DNA of 36,968 nucleotides from a virus (IMGVR_UViG_3300007734_000644:1-36968), one strand, 5' to 3'. Shown: positions 19,183-27,983, numbered from the stretch's first letter. The notes: a model not told the origin generated them from the sequence alone. Numbers and translations are program-made.

Positions 19183-19616
19183 GTGGACACCTTGAGGTTG
19201 CGGATTGCCTTCCCGACATTCGATCCACCAGACACATCCCGTGTCATTTCGTCGGCTACTCGGGCCGCGACTTCTAGCGCACGGTTTATTGCCTCGATCA
19301 GCTTTTTGTGCATCTCGTCCCGCTCATGCTCAGCCCGTTCAGCCCGTCCCGCGAACTGCGGGAGGAGGCGCTGCTTGAGGTCGGAAAGCTCTTCCACGGC
19401 TGAGCAAGCCCCCGGTGTCGGGCATCCGCGAGGCTCCACCATCTGCGCGGCGAACCGCTTCGCTTGAGTCTTGGACTGCGGGATCGGCCCCGTCTCCGAT
19501 GGCAGCGCGTCGATCTGGCGGATGAATCCGCTTATCAGACCGTCATCGCCGCGAGTTTCCTCGCTGCCGTCTATCTGCAACAGCAGCCACTCGCGCAAGT
19601 CTTCTAGTTTAGCCAC
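19179..19616 (-). CDS. Hypothetical protein
   Basis: GTG start with SD GAGGAG; N-terminus similar to that of 19880..20236. Confidence 0.75.
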   Translation of the reverse strand: MAKLEDLREWLLLQIDGSEETRGDDGLISGFIRQIDALPSETGPIPQSKTQAKRFAAQMVEPRGCPTPGACSAVEELSDLKQRLLPQFAGRAERAEHERDEMHKKLIEAINRALEVAARVADEMTRDVSGGSNVGKAIRNLKVST

Positions 19617-19833
19617 CGTTCTCCTCCTCACCAATCTTCACAGACTCAAGAAACTCCGCCAGCAGATAAACGCAAGGCAGGATCAGGTCACGACAGATCG
19701 CATCGTGTAAATCAGATTCAGTCTTACCAATGTTCTGCGCGTAGATTTTCAACGCACCGAGTAGTTCGCTCATCAGCATATCAAGGCGGTCAAAGTCCAA
19801 CTGTTTCACTTTTTCAATGTTGTCGTATTTCAT
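19609..19833 (-). CDS. Hypothetical protein
   Basis: SD GAGGT; tiles the operon. Confidence 0.7.
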   Translation of the reverse strand: MKYDNIEKVKQLDFDRLDMLMSELLGALKIYAQNIGKTESDLHDAICRDLILPCVYLLAEFLESVKIGEEENGG

Positions 19834-19879
19834 CTCACACCTCTAGGTAGGCGTTCCAGTGGGGCAGGGGACGTATGGC

Positions 19880-20236
19880 TCATGCGGCTACCCTCAAAGG
19901 TGGGCAGGGCAAATGCTGCCAATGCGTAACTTTCGCTTCCATTGGGTCGCCGCTCACATAGAGCCATTCGTCGCCGTCTACATACCCGGTCCAGACCTCG
20001 CCATCGTCTAGCGCGATCAAGACCGTGGTTTCGTCGTCGGGTAGCTGCGCCGCCGCATCAAACCAGATCGTTTTCGACAGATCGTCGAGTTCGATGAACG
20101 TGCTGGCAGCGTCAACCGCCGAAATGTGCGCCGTTACCGATTGGTCGCGGGAACGGGTTTCGGGCGATCCGTCAATCTGCCGCACAAGGAATCTGCGAAG
20201 ATCGGCCAGCCTTTCGATAATTGGATTCGGGTTCAT
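19880..20236 (-). CDS. DUF551-like protein
   Basis: W..AAAQLPDDETTVL...KVTHWQHLPCPP C-terminal domain. Confidence 0.8.
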   Translation of the reverse strand: MNPNPIIERLADLRRFLVRQIDGSPETRSRDQSVTAHISAVDAASTFIELDDLSKTIWFDAAAQLPDDETTVLIALDDGEVWTGYVDGDEWLYVSGDPMEAKVTHWQHLPCPPLRVAA

Positions 20237-21168
20237 GCTGCCTCCTTAAGCGCCAGGATCACTTCCCGCGCCATCTTTGGCGGCACGGCGTTACCCAGCA
20301 TATGTACTGCCGCCCGGTGCTGTTCCGGCAGCTTGTAGCCCGCCGGAAATCCCATTGCGGCGCGGTTCTCGTCTTTGGTGAGCATTCGCATACGGTCGCC
20401 GTCAATCACGGCCCAGCGGTCGCGGGTGGTAATGGTTCCGATGGGGCGGTCAATAGAGCGACCTCCATGCTCGTTCCCGTAGTAGGCAATCAGAAATCGG
20501 TCGCCGTGGGCCAGCCTGCCAGCCCTCACGCGGGCAAGGGTCGCCTCCGCCCGGTTTTCTCGGTCAACCTTGGACCATGCCCCGGCGTTGAGGTCGATCA
20601 CGTTGCTAGCCGGGATATGCGGTTGCTTGTCTAGGCGCAGTTCGATGGGATGCTTGGAGCGCGTTCCGACAATAAACAGGCGGCGGCGGTTCTGCGGGGT
20701 TCCGTGGTCTGCCGCGTCGAGGATCTGCGGGGCCAAGGCATAGCCCAACGCACCCATTGCCGAACACCACGCCTCGTACAACGTCCACTTGGCGAACTCG
20801 GGAACGTTCTCCACAACCACGGCGGCGGGGCGGTGATACTCGCAGGCACTCACTACGGCCCACGCCGTAGACCTCTGAGCGTCATAGTGCGCCCGCTCCT
20901 TTCCTCGCGCCCTAGAGTGACCCTGACAGGCCGGGGAAGCCAGCAAGAGGTCATGCGCGGGTACGGTCGTCCAGTCGGTCTGGTGCAAGTCTTGGCAGGC
21001 GTGGACGGTGCCTGGATGGTTTCTGGCGTGTACGTCCACGGCCTCGCGCCAATGGTTTGCCGCCCATACAACCTGACAGCCAGCCATTTCTGCGCCGGTC
21101 GTAAACCCGCCAGCCCCGGCAAACAGGTCTATTGCGCGGATGTTCGTCCCCTCGAAGGTCGCAGCCAC
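20233..21168 (-). CDS. DNA (cytosine-5)-methyltransferase
   Basis: DLFAGAGG, SPACQGHS, ENV, PQNRRR and LGNAVPP motifs; GTG start with SD GGAGG. Confidence 0.93.
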   Translation of the reverse strand: MAATFEGTNIRAIDLFAGAGGFTTGAEMAGCQVVWAANHWREAVDVHARNHPGTVHACQDLHQTDWTTVPAHDLLLASPACQGHSRARGKERAHYDAQRSTAWAVVSACEYHRPAAVVVENVPEFAKWTLYEAWCSAMGALGYALAPQILDAADHGTPQNRRRLFIVGTRSKHPIELRLDKQPHIPASNVIDLNAGAWSKVDRENRAEATLARVRAGRLAHGDRFLIAYYGNEHGGRSIDRPIGTITTRDRWAVIDGDRMRMLTKDENRAAMGFPAGYKLPEQHRAAVHMLGNAVPPKMAREVILALKEAA

Positions 21169-21458
21169 TAGAATTCCTCCACGCCAGCGGCTTTTGACCA
21201 CTTGAGCGGATCTACGCGGTACTCGTCGATCGCCTCGTCTGGATCATCCCCAGGCATCACCATGCCGATCGTCCAGCCGACATTCGGGCCGCTACTTTCG
21301 TGGGTCATCAAACCCCTGACCTTTACCCATCGCTCTTGATCCACGAACGCCGGATCTGCATCGTTGACGAACTTGCGGAGTCGGTCTGCGTTGGCTGCGC
21401 TGACCGCGACATCAATGGCTCCGCGCCCGTCGAGAACATCTATCTTGATTACGATCAT
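21168..21458 (-). CDS. Hypothetical protein
   Basis: SD-like AAGGGG before ATG (MIVIKIDV); tiles the operon. Confidence 0.7.
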   Translation of the reverse strand: MIVIKIDVLDGRGAIDVAVSAANADRLRKFVNDADPAFVDQERWVKVRGLMTHESSGPNVGWTIGMVMPGDDPDEAIDEYRVDPLKWSKAAGVEEF

Positions 21459-21471
21459 GTTGTTCCCCTTC

Positions 21472-21645
21472 CTAATCGCGGCCCTGTGCCGCGTCTGATT
21501 GCTGGCTGTCCTTGGCAATCGCTTCCGCAATCGCGGCCTTGACTGCATCTGCGTAAACTGCTCTGGTTGTCGCTAGCCATTGGCTTCCAAGGCTTATCAC
21601 GGCCCATTGATCGTCTTTCGGGCCGAACAGTTTGACTTCGATCAT
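21472..21645 (-). CDS. Small hypothetical protein
   Basis: ATGA overlap; MIEVKLFGPKDDQW... Confidence 0.6.
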   Translation of the reverse strand: MIEVKLFGPKDDQWAVISLGSQWLATTRAVYADAVKAAIAEAIAKDSQQSDAAQGRD

Positions 21646-21794
21646 TTCTTCGCTCCTTTTTTCAGTACTTTCGGAGTCCAAGTAAAAACCTCCGGTAGCG
21701 GCTCTTTGAGTTTTGGCACTCGGTTCTCAGGATGCAAAACCCAGCGGTTGTCGAGCCATTCGATGGCGGCTTGCAGCTTCTCTGCTTGGGTCAT
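21642..21794 (-). CDS. Small hypothetical protein (50 aa)
   Basis: Read manually: MTQAEKLQAAIEWLDNRWVLHPENRV...; SD GGAGG; ATGA overlaps. Confidence 0.7.
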   Translation of the reverse strand: MTQAEKLQAAIEWLDNRWVLHPENRVPKLKEPLPEVFTWTPKVLKKGAKK

Positions 21795-21928
21795 TTCGCC
21801 TCCAATGCTTTCGCGTCTAGTGCTTCAAGAAGTCCAGCCATGATCTCTCTTGCCTCGGCGGTAGAGAACGTCTGGTAGTCCTTCAGGACTATGCTCTCGG
21901 CCCTGCGGATTGCTTCGGCGGCAGTCAT
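21791..21928 (-). CDS. Small hypothetical protein (45 aa)
   Basis: Read manually: MTAAEAIRRAESIVLKDY...; starts just after the nuclease stop. Confidence 0.6.
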   Translation of the reverse strand: MTAAEAIRRAESIVLKDYQTFSTAEAREIMAGLLEALDAKALEAK

Positions 21929-21929
21929 A

Positions 21930-23051
21930 TTACTTTTTCCATTGTTTGCTTCCTGTGATAATCATTTCGCCATTTACCCACGGGATATCGTCCGTCATCC
22001 CCTCAAACGCCGAATTCGGAACAATCGTTGCATCCATCTCAATCTTGATTGAAGTCGTAAACTCGTCGCCCAGCATCCGCTTATCTTGGCAATCTGTAAT
22101 CTCCTGGCTCCCGTAAACCGGCTGCTGAAACTCGGTTCCGGTCAGCTTGTTTTTGTAGGTCAGCAGGTTATTTTCGTTTGCGTCCACCAGTTCGGCAAAC
22201 CGGCCCAGCAGGACAGGGATGTGCCGGTGGTCACGGCATCCTGCCCGTTGCTCGTCTACCGTCAGATCCTTTTTGTGCTCCGCACAACTCCACCGGGCAT
22301 CGTCGCCCAGTTCTGGGGTTGCGTGGGCGCAGGTACGGCAGTTAACCTGCGGGGCTTCCGTCTCGTGGCATTGCCCCTTGAACCGGCAAAACTTGCACAC
22401 AAACGCCGCCGCAGTCTCGCCCAGCGGGATCGCTGGTTCCGGCGCACTAATAATCCGCTCGGCCTTTGCCAACGCCGCCTTGAACGCCGCCGGATCAGCT
22501 TCAATCCGCTCAGCATAAATATCGTCTGTGTCTTTGTTCACCACGATATACATCGCCCGGTCAAGACCGGCCCAACCCATATACAATTGCATCTGAACCC
22601 AATGCTGGTTCTTGGAGTCCTTTACCCCTTTTTTTTGCATTGCCGCAAAACTCTTGGCGTTTGCGGTCTTAAACTCCAGAACGTGCCAAGTCTTGGGTGC
22701 TTCCGGCAACCCTAGCGCAGCGCCGTCCATGCTCCCGCCAAAATGCCCACCGATGGCCTTGAACCGCCATTGGTTGCCTTCCTCGTCCCTGTCTGATACC
22801 TCGACCCCAATGTCCCGCAGATTTTGGATTAGACGCGGTTCTGCCATTTGCCCGGTTTCAAACAGCCTACGCATCCGCCCATCGAAATCGGGCTGCTTGG
22901 CCCAGCGGAACGACAGCCACAAGGCCCGTTCGCACTCCTGCCCGATCTCGGACGCGCCCAAGTGCGGGCGCTGCCCCGCCTCCGCAACCTTCTCGTAGTG
23001 CTTGAAGATCGCGGTGACGGTCGAGTTCTGACGCTCCGGCAGCATGGTCAT
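21930..23051 (-). CDS. PD-(D/E)xK exonuclease, Cas4-like (phage recombination type)
   Basis: HLGASEIGQEC, GSMDG, LEFKT, QMQLYM and CKFC...C motifs; extra CRTC..C..C segment. Confidence 0.85.
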   Translation of the reverse strand: MTMLPERQNSTVTAIFKHYEKVAEAGQRPHLGASEIGQECERALWLSFRWAKQPDFDGRMRRLFETGQMAEPRLIQNLRDIGVEVSDRDEEGNQWRFKAIGGHFGGSMDGAALGLPEAPKTWHVLEFKTANAKSFAAMQKKGVKDSKNQHWVQMQLYMGWAGLDRAMYIVVNKDTDDIYAERIEADPAAFKAALAKAERIISAPEPAIPLGETAAAFVCKFCRFKGQCHETEAPQVNCRTCAHATPELGDDARWSCAEHKKDLTVDEQRAGCRDHRHIPVLLGRFAELVDANENNLLTYKNKLTGTEFQQPVYGSQEITDCQDKRMLGDEFTTSIKIEMDATIVPNSAFEGMTDDIPWVNGEMIITGSKQWKK

Positions 23052-23053
23052 GA

Positions 23054-23530
23054 TTACTTCTTCGCCCACGGGCGGGCGGGTGCAGCCGGAGCCGCTTTGG
23101 GCGGCGCTTTGGCGGCGGGTTCAAACAATTCCGCCGGGGCGTAGCCTTTGATGCGGTTGGTCATGCTGTCGTTCACCGGGTTCTTCTCCTGCACCACATC
23201 TACAAACAACACGATGTTGTGGAGGTTCTCCGAGTCTTCCGGCGGGTATTCGATCTTCGTCGCCTGACAGATCGCAGCCAGTTCCCTGTGCGCGATCTCC
23301 TCTGCGGTCTTGTTCGGGTTTGCCAGATTGAGCCGCGACCAGAGTTTGCGTCCGGTGCTCTTCTCGCCCACTACCTCAAACGTAAACTGAAGGTACTGGC
23401 CTGTGCCGGCCTTAGTGTCCTTCAGTTCGCTGTCCGTAATGATGACCTCATACCGTCCCGCCGCAAGCGGGGAAAACGACTGCGTTGGCTCAACGTCTGT
23501 GGGAAGTTGGAGCGTTTTAAGGTTTGCCAT
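23054..23530 (-). CDS. DUF669-like putative ssDNA-binding protein
   Basis: PLAAGRYEVII, GQYLQFTFEV, NRIKGY, and a low-complexity tail ending PW. Confidence 0.8.
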   Translation of the reverse strand: MANLKTLQLPTDVEPTQSFSPLAAGRYEVIITDSELKDTKAGTGQYLQFTFEVVGEKSTGRKLWSRLNLANPNKTAEEIAHRELAAICQATKIEYPPEDSENLHNIVLFVDVVQEKNPVNDSMTNRIKGYAPAELFEPAAKAPPKAAPAAPARPWAKK

Positions 23531-23556
23531 TTTGCTTTTTCCTTGGTTGGTTGGTT

Positions 23557-24297
23557 TTATTTCTTTACTGCTGCTGCCGATATCGCTGTCATAAATGCCT
23601 GAAAATCCAGCGGCAAGGCATCCGGCAGCGAATAGCGGTTCTTTGCAAGGTACGCAGGGCGCTCGGACGTATACATAAGCCGCTCACCCGTTGTGATCCC
23701 GCGTGTAACTTTCTGGTTGAATCCGACTTCAGACGATTTGACCACCGTCTTGTAGTTGGCGAAGAACACGCAATCCGCCCACTCCTGCACCAAAGCCGAC
23801 GACCTGGCTTGCAGCTTTGGCTGATAACGCTCATACGGTTCAACCTCTGGCGAGTCAAACCGCTTGATCTCGCAATGGGCCAGCATGACGGTCGCCATGC
23901 CTTTAGCCCGCAGCCCATTCAGCGCGTCCAGTACTTTGCGCCAGTAATCGGCAGCAATGACCGCGCCTTTGCCGTAAGCCAGATCCTTCGCGTCATACTT
24001 CGTATTGATCTGCTCCCAGATCAGATTGTCCAGCCAATCAAGGCTGTCGATTACCACCGTCTGGAATTCGTGCTTGCCTTGGAGCGCGGCAAGGGCTTCC
24101 TGCACCTGCTCAAAACTGGTCGCAAGCGGAAAGTGGTCGACTTCCAATTGACCAAGACCGTCTTCCGTCAAGATAAAGATCGGGGCCGGGGCGCTGGCTC
24201 CAAACGTTGTCTTACCCAAACCGTGCGGGCCGTACAGCATGATCCTCGGCGGCATAAAGTCGCTGTTCTTGCGGATTGCTTTAAGGTCGATTGCCAT
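23557..24297 (-). CDS. AAA ATPase (Sak4-like recombination protein)
   Basis: Walker A GPHGLGKT, Walker B VVIDS, AKNRY motif. Confidence 0.88.
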   Translation of the reverse strand: MAIDLKAIRKNSDFMPPRIMLYGPHGLGKTTFGASAPAPIFILTEDGLGQLEVDHFPLATSFEQVQEALAALQGKHEFQTVVIDSLDWLDNLIWEQINTKYDAKDLAYGKGAVIAADYWRKVLDALNGLRAKGMATVMLAHCEIKRFDSPEVEPYERYQPKLQARSSALVQEWADCVFFANYKTVVKSSEVGFNQKVTRGITTGERLMYTSERPAYLAKNRYSLPDALPLDFQAFMTAISAAAVKK

Positions 24298-24378
24298 TTA
24301 ATTTCCCCAGATCAAGATTAAGAAACAAATTACCGCGCCGATCGCGCAAGCGTAAGACACGATTTCCGAGATGCTCAT
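24298..24378 (-). CDS. 26-aa hydrophobic peptide
   Basis: Read manually: MSISEIVSYACAIGAVICFLILIWGN; ATGA overlap upstream, stop abuts next ATG. Confidence 0.55.
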   Translation of the reverse strand: MSISEIVSYACAIGAVICFLILIWGN

Positions 24379-24719
24379 TCGTCTTCCGATGCGCGTTGAT
24401 TGGCAAGGTCAGACACCAGGTCGGAGCCCGTCAAATGATTAATGAGCATCGCCTCGACTGAGGCGCGTTCACGCTCGATGCGATTCTCGAGCGCACGAGT
24501 GTTGCTGCTCATCGAAGCAACGTACATTTCCCATGCGTAGCTGGGATCGCGGTTTTCAATTAAGTATTCGTACAAATCAAACTGGCGGCGACCGTTTGCC
24601 GGGTAGCCACCGTGGTCGAGGACGCATTCGACAATCTCCTCAAGCGCCAACTCCAACTCCCTTTCCGTCAACTCGCGGCGCGTGTCTTCGTCCCCGTGTG
24701 CTTCGTTCTGTGTGCTCAT
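24375..24719 (-). CDS. Hypothetical protein
   Basis: ATGA overlaps on both sides; SD GGAG. Confidence 0.8.
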   Translation of the reverse strand: MSTQNEAHGDEDTRRELTERELELALEEIVECVLDHGGYPANGRRQFDLYEYLIENRDPSYAWEMYVASMSSNTRALENRIERERASVEAMLINHLTGSDLVSDLANQRASEDE

Positions 24720-24886
24720 GCTGCGCTCCGCGTGAAATTAAAATACATCCGCTCGGTCGCAGCGTCATGGTCGCCGGTTTCCATTTCCGCAAATACTTCG
24801 TCGTTCGCTTGATTCTGCGTCAGGTGCTCGTTCTGAACCGCCTTCGCCAACTCGCGTATCCAATCCTCGGCTCTGATATGTGTCAT
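24716..24886 (-). CDS. Small hypothetical protein (56 aa)
   Basis: SD GGAG before MTHIRAEDW. Confidence 0.7.
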   Translation of the reverse strand: MTHIRAEDWIRELAKAVQNEHLTQNQANDEVFAEMETGDHDAATERMYFNFTRSAA

Positions 24887-24960
24887 GATTTTTCTCCGTT
24901 CGGTGCCAGACTCGCTCTGGCTGCGTATTCCTAAGCCCCCGCAAAGCAGGGGCAGAGGAA

Positions 24961-25122
24961 TCAAGTATTGCCAAGTGCTTGGTTCATCTTGTCGTGCCAG
25001 TACTGGCTTTTTTCGTAGAGCTTTTCGGCTTGTTCTTTTTTGCCGCTTTCAGAGGCGAGGTTTGCTTCGTGCAACCACCGTGCTGCTTTTACTTCAAACT
25101 TTATTGCTTTTTCGTTGGTCAT
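24961..25122 (-). CDS. First leftward early gene, 53 aa
   Basis: Read manually: MTNEKAIKFEVKAARWLHEANLASE...; SD-like AGGGG. Confidence 0.7.
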   Translation of the reverse strand: MTNEKAIKFEVKAARWLHEANLASESGKKEQAEKLYEKSQYWHDKMNQALGNT

Positions 25123-25154
25123 TTTGTCGCCCCTGTTGTTTGCTTCGATGACTC

Positions 25155-25184
25155 ATAGTAATTCAAGTAATCTTGTCATGTCAA
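25155..25184 (-). promoter_or_regulatory. Leftward sigma70-type promoter
   Basis: TTGACA-N18-TACTAT on the minus strand. Confidence 0.75.
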
Positions 25185-25190
25185 CTCTTT

Positions 25191-25219
25191 TTGACAAATA
25201 AATTTATCGGGTATATTGT
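25191..25219 (+). promoter_or_regulatory. Rightward sigma70-type promoter (probably leaderless cro mRNA)
   Basis: TTGACA-N17-TATTGT, with ATG 6 nt after the -10 box and no SD. Confidence 0.75.
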
Positions 25220-25225
25220 GCTGAC

Positions 25226-25417
25226 ATGAAAACACTTGACGCGGTGCAACATTTTGGGAGTCGGCGAGCAATCGCTGACGTTCTGGGGATCAGCAGGCAG
25301 GCGGTCTACGCTTGGGGACAGTACGTTGCTCGAGGTGCAGCGTACCGGCTCCAGGTGATGACCGCGGGGAAGCTCGTCGTGGACGAGGCCAAGTACAAGA
25401 AAAAGAAATCCAAATAG
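25226..25417 (+). CDS. cro: Cro-like HTH regulator
   Basis: AVQHFGSRRAIADVLGISRQAVYAWG...LQVMTAGKL, P22/N15 Cro pattern. Confidence 0.88.
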   Translation: MKTLDAVQHFGSRRAIADVLGISRQAVYAWGQYVARGAAYRLQVMTAGKLVVDEAKYKKKKSK

Positions 25418-25429
25418 TTTGGGGTATCT

Positions 25430-25861
25430 ATGAGCAACTGTAGGTGCTTAACAATCAATCGCGTTCTTACCCAGCAAGAGAATAGTCGAGGGTCTTGGAT
25501 GTACATTGTTCGATGCCTCGATTGTGGTTTTGATGTTGGTTCATGGATTCCTTATAGGAATGTGCGGTACGAAGATTGCATCGACTATGACTACGTTTTC
25601 TTCGATCAAATACGTTCTAACCATTATCAAAAAATAAAAGCAGAGCGAAAAGACGAATACGCCAATTATTTGCAATCGGCTGAGTGGGCTAAAAAAAGGA
25701 TGGGGGCAATGGACAGAGACAACTGGAAATGCGTTTCTTGCGGGGACGATGCGGTTCATGTTCATCACATTACCTATGAGCGAATATTCAACGAGGCATT
25801 AGAGGATTTGGTTTCCCTCTGCGAACGATGTCATCAGCGGGAGCATTCATATGGCAGATGA
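25430..25861 (+). CDS. HNH endonuclease
   Basis: RDNWKCVSCG, VHHITY and LVSLCERCH motifs. Confidence 0.88.
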   Translation: MSNCRCLTINRVLTQQENSRGSWMYIVRCLDCGFDVGSWIPYRNVRYEDCIDYDYVFFDQIRSNHYQKIKAERKDEYANYLQSAEWAKKRMGAMDRDNWKCVSCGDDAVHVHHITYERIFNEALEDLVSLCERCHQREHSYGR

Positions 25862-27836
25862 AACAAATACAGTCTTGGAGATCCATCCAAAAGTGCTGAT
25901 GGATGCGGCCCTCAAGTACGCCGAGCGCGGCTTTCGCGTCCTGCCCCTGCACACCATCAAGTCCGGCATCTGCTCTTGCGGCGATAAAGAATGCAGAACG
26001 CCCGCAAAACATCCACTTACCCTGCACGGCGCACAAGAAGCCAGCAACGACGAAATGACCATCCGGGGATGGTGGAGCAAATGGCCTCAAGCAAACATCG
26101 GCCTCGCAATGGGCGATGCCGGGTGCGTTGCGATCGACATAGACACCCGAAATCTCGGTCACCTGACCTGGGAGCAGATTCTCGCCCAGAACGGCGAACT
26201 CCCCGAAACCCCAACCCAGCGCACCGGAAACGGACAGCACTATCTGGTCAGGATTGACCCCGCCATGATCTCCCGCGTCCGTGGCAAGCTCGGGCCGGGG
26301 ATTGATATTAAGGCCAACGGATATATCGTTGCAGAACCCTCCATACACCACTCAGGGCGGCGCTATGCTTGGGACGATGGTCTAGACCCACTCCAAGGGT
26401 TCATGCCCGCACAAGCCCCCGTTTGGCTGGAAAGGATGCTGCTCGAGCCTCTGGGCGGAAACATTTCGCCCAATTCGCCCAACCTCGGAATCGTGACCCT
26501 CCCCGTCCAGCTTCAAGAAGCCGCCGATGCCCTCTCCCACCTCGACGCAGACGAATATCATCAATGGATCGAGGCGGGCATGGCCCTCCATGCCACGGGC
26601 CTCGGAAATGCCGCCTATCAGACTTGGGTGAACTGGTCGCAGGATTCCAGCAAGTTCGACCACAAACTGCAACGGGCCAAGTGGGTGTCTTTTGGGCGCA
26701 ACCGACAGGCGGGCGTAACCATCAAAACCCTGTTCTCCCGCGCCCAGGCCGTGGGTTGGGTTAATCCGTTGACCATAAAACGCACAGGCTCATCTAGTGA
26801 GCCACTCAACCCTGACGGACTCATCCTCAACCTCGACCAACTCCGCGACCGCGCCTCCGGCCTGAAATGGCTCGTCAAGCACGTTATCCCGGACAATTCC
26901 ATAGGAATGTTCTTTGGAGCCTCCGGCACATACAAATCCTTCATTGCCCTAGATTTCGGCCTCCACATGGCTCACGGCCTCCCGTGGCTTGACCGCAAGA
27001 CTCGGGGCGGGGCGGTGGTCTACATTGCAGCCGAAGGCGGCGCAGGACTCTGGAACCGAATCCGCGCTTGGCATCTCGACCGCAAGCTGGCGATTGGCTC
27101 CATCCCCTTCTACGTCTGCCCCGTTGCCGTCAATCTGGGCGAGGAATCAAGCGTCCTCGCCGTCCAGAAGGCTATCCTAGACCTCGGCATCGAACCCAGA
27201 ATGGTGGTCGTTGATACCCTTTCCCAGACCTTTGCCGGGGACGAGAACAAGCGCGAAGAAGCCGCCGCCTACCTGCGTTCCCTCGGCGCTCAGATCCGCG
27301 CCCGCTTTGCTTGCACCGTCTTACTCATCCATCACACAGGCCACAGCACCAACGAGCGGCCCAGAGGCTCCAGCGCCTTTATTGCCGACCTCGACTTCCT
27401 GTTCGGCGTGTTCAAGGAAAAGGAAGATCCAATCGCCACAATGGAATGCCTCAAGCAAAAAGACGGCGACAAGATAGAAAACCTGAATTTCCAATGCATC
27501 CGCCACGTTCTAGACCACGACGAGGACGGCGACGAAATCACCTCCCTTGCCGCCATTTACACGAACCAAGTCTCCGCCCTTGTTGCCGCAGTCGCCGCCC
27601 GCCAGGACTCAAATTACGGGAAATTCCTCAAAGCAGCCCAAATGGGAACCCCTGTCGGGGACGCTAAGAAGGTCTTTTTTGCCGACCTCGGTTCAGGAAA
27701 AGCCGCCGATACTAAAGCAAAAGCATGGTCGCGCAGCCTCAATTGGGCGCAAAAAGCGAACCTAATTCGGGTTGAAAATGGCGTGTTTTTTGTCATCTCT
27801 GGGCCGGACACAGAAACCTCCAAAAAGGACACATGA
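25851..27836 (+). CDS. Bifunctional primase-polymerase / PriCT / RepA-like AAA helicase
   Basis: KHP, NIG, DID, GQHY and PSIHHSGRRYAW primase motifs; WIEAGMALH; GASGTYKS, VVVDT, HHTG and RGSSA helicase motifs. Confidence 0.92.
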   Translation: MADETNTVLEIHPKVLMDAALKYAERGFRVLPLHTIKSGICSCGDKECRTPAKHPLTLHGAQEASNDEMTIRGWWSKWPQANIGLAMGDAGCVAIDIDTRNLGHLTWEQILAQNGELPETPTQRTGNGQHYLVRIDPAMISRVRGKLGPGIDIKANGYIVAEPSIHHSGRRYAWDDGLDPLQGFMPAQAPVWLERMLLEPLGGNISPNSPNLGIVTLPVQLQEAADALSHLDADEYHQWIEAGMALHATGLGNAAYQTWVNWSQDSSKFDHKLQRAKWVSFGRNRQAGVTIKTLFSRAQAVGWVNPLTIKRTGSSSEPLNPDGLILNLDQLRDRASGLKWLVKHVIPDNSIGMFFGASGTYKSFIALDFGLHMAHGLPWLDRKTRGGAVVYIAAEGGAGLWNRIRAWHLDRKLAIGSIPFYVCPVAVNLGEESSVLAVQKAILDLGIEPRMVVVDTLSQTFAGDENKREEAAAYLRSLGAQIRARFACTVLLIHHTGHSTNERPRGSSAFIADLDFLFGVFKEKEDPIATMECLKQKDGDKIENLNFQCIRHVLDHDEDGDEITSLAAIYTNQVSALVAAVAARQDSNYGKFLKAAQMGTPVGDAKKVFFADLGSGKAADTKAKAWSRSLNWAQKANLIRVENGVFFVISGPDTETSKKDT

Positions 27837-27952
27837 CCCCTGTTTTCGGACATGGACAGACAGGACAACCCCTTAGGAAAAAAGACCCTGTCTGTCCCGG
27901 ACAACTGTCCGGGGACAGGTGTCCTGTTTTCTTTTCCCGGACACTTGTCCGG
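27806..27952. repeat. GGACA/TGTCC repeat and palindrome cluster, candidate replication origin
   Basis: 8 GGACA plus 4 TGTCC in ~147 nt, including three GGACA-N2-TGTCC palindromes. Confidence 0.75.
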
Positions 27953-27983
27953 TGGATAAAAAGATAAAGAAGGTTTAACGAAT

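Noticed and set aside
20233-21168. Restriction-modification system
   Set aside because: No adjacent restriction endonuclease; an orphan phage methyltransferase is the ordinary reading.
21930-23051. Cas4-like gene as evidence of a CRISPR system
   Set aside because: No repeat-spacer array or other cas genes; context is the ordinary ATPase/SSB/nuclease recombination module.
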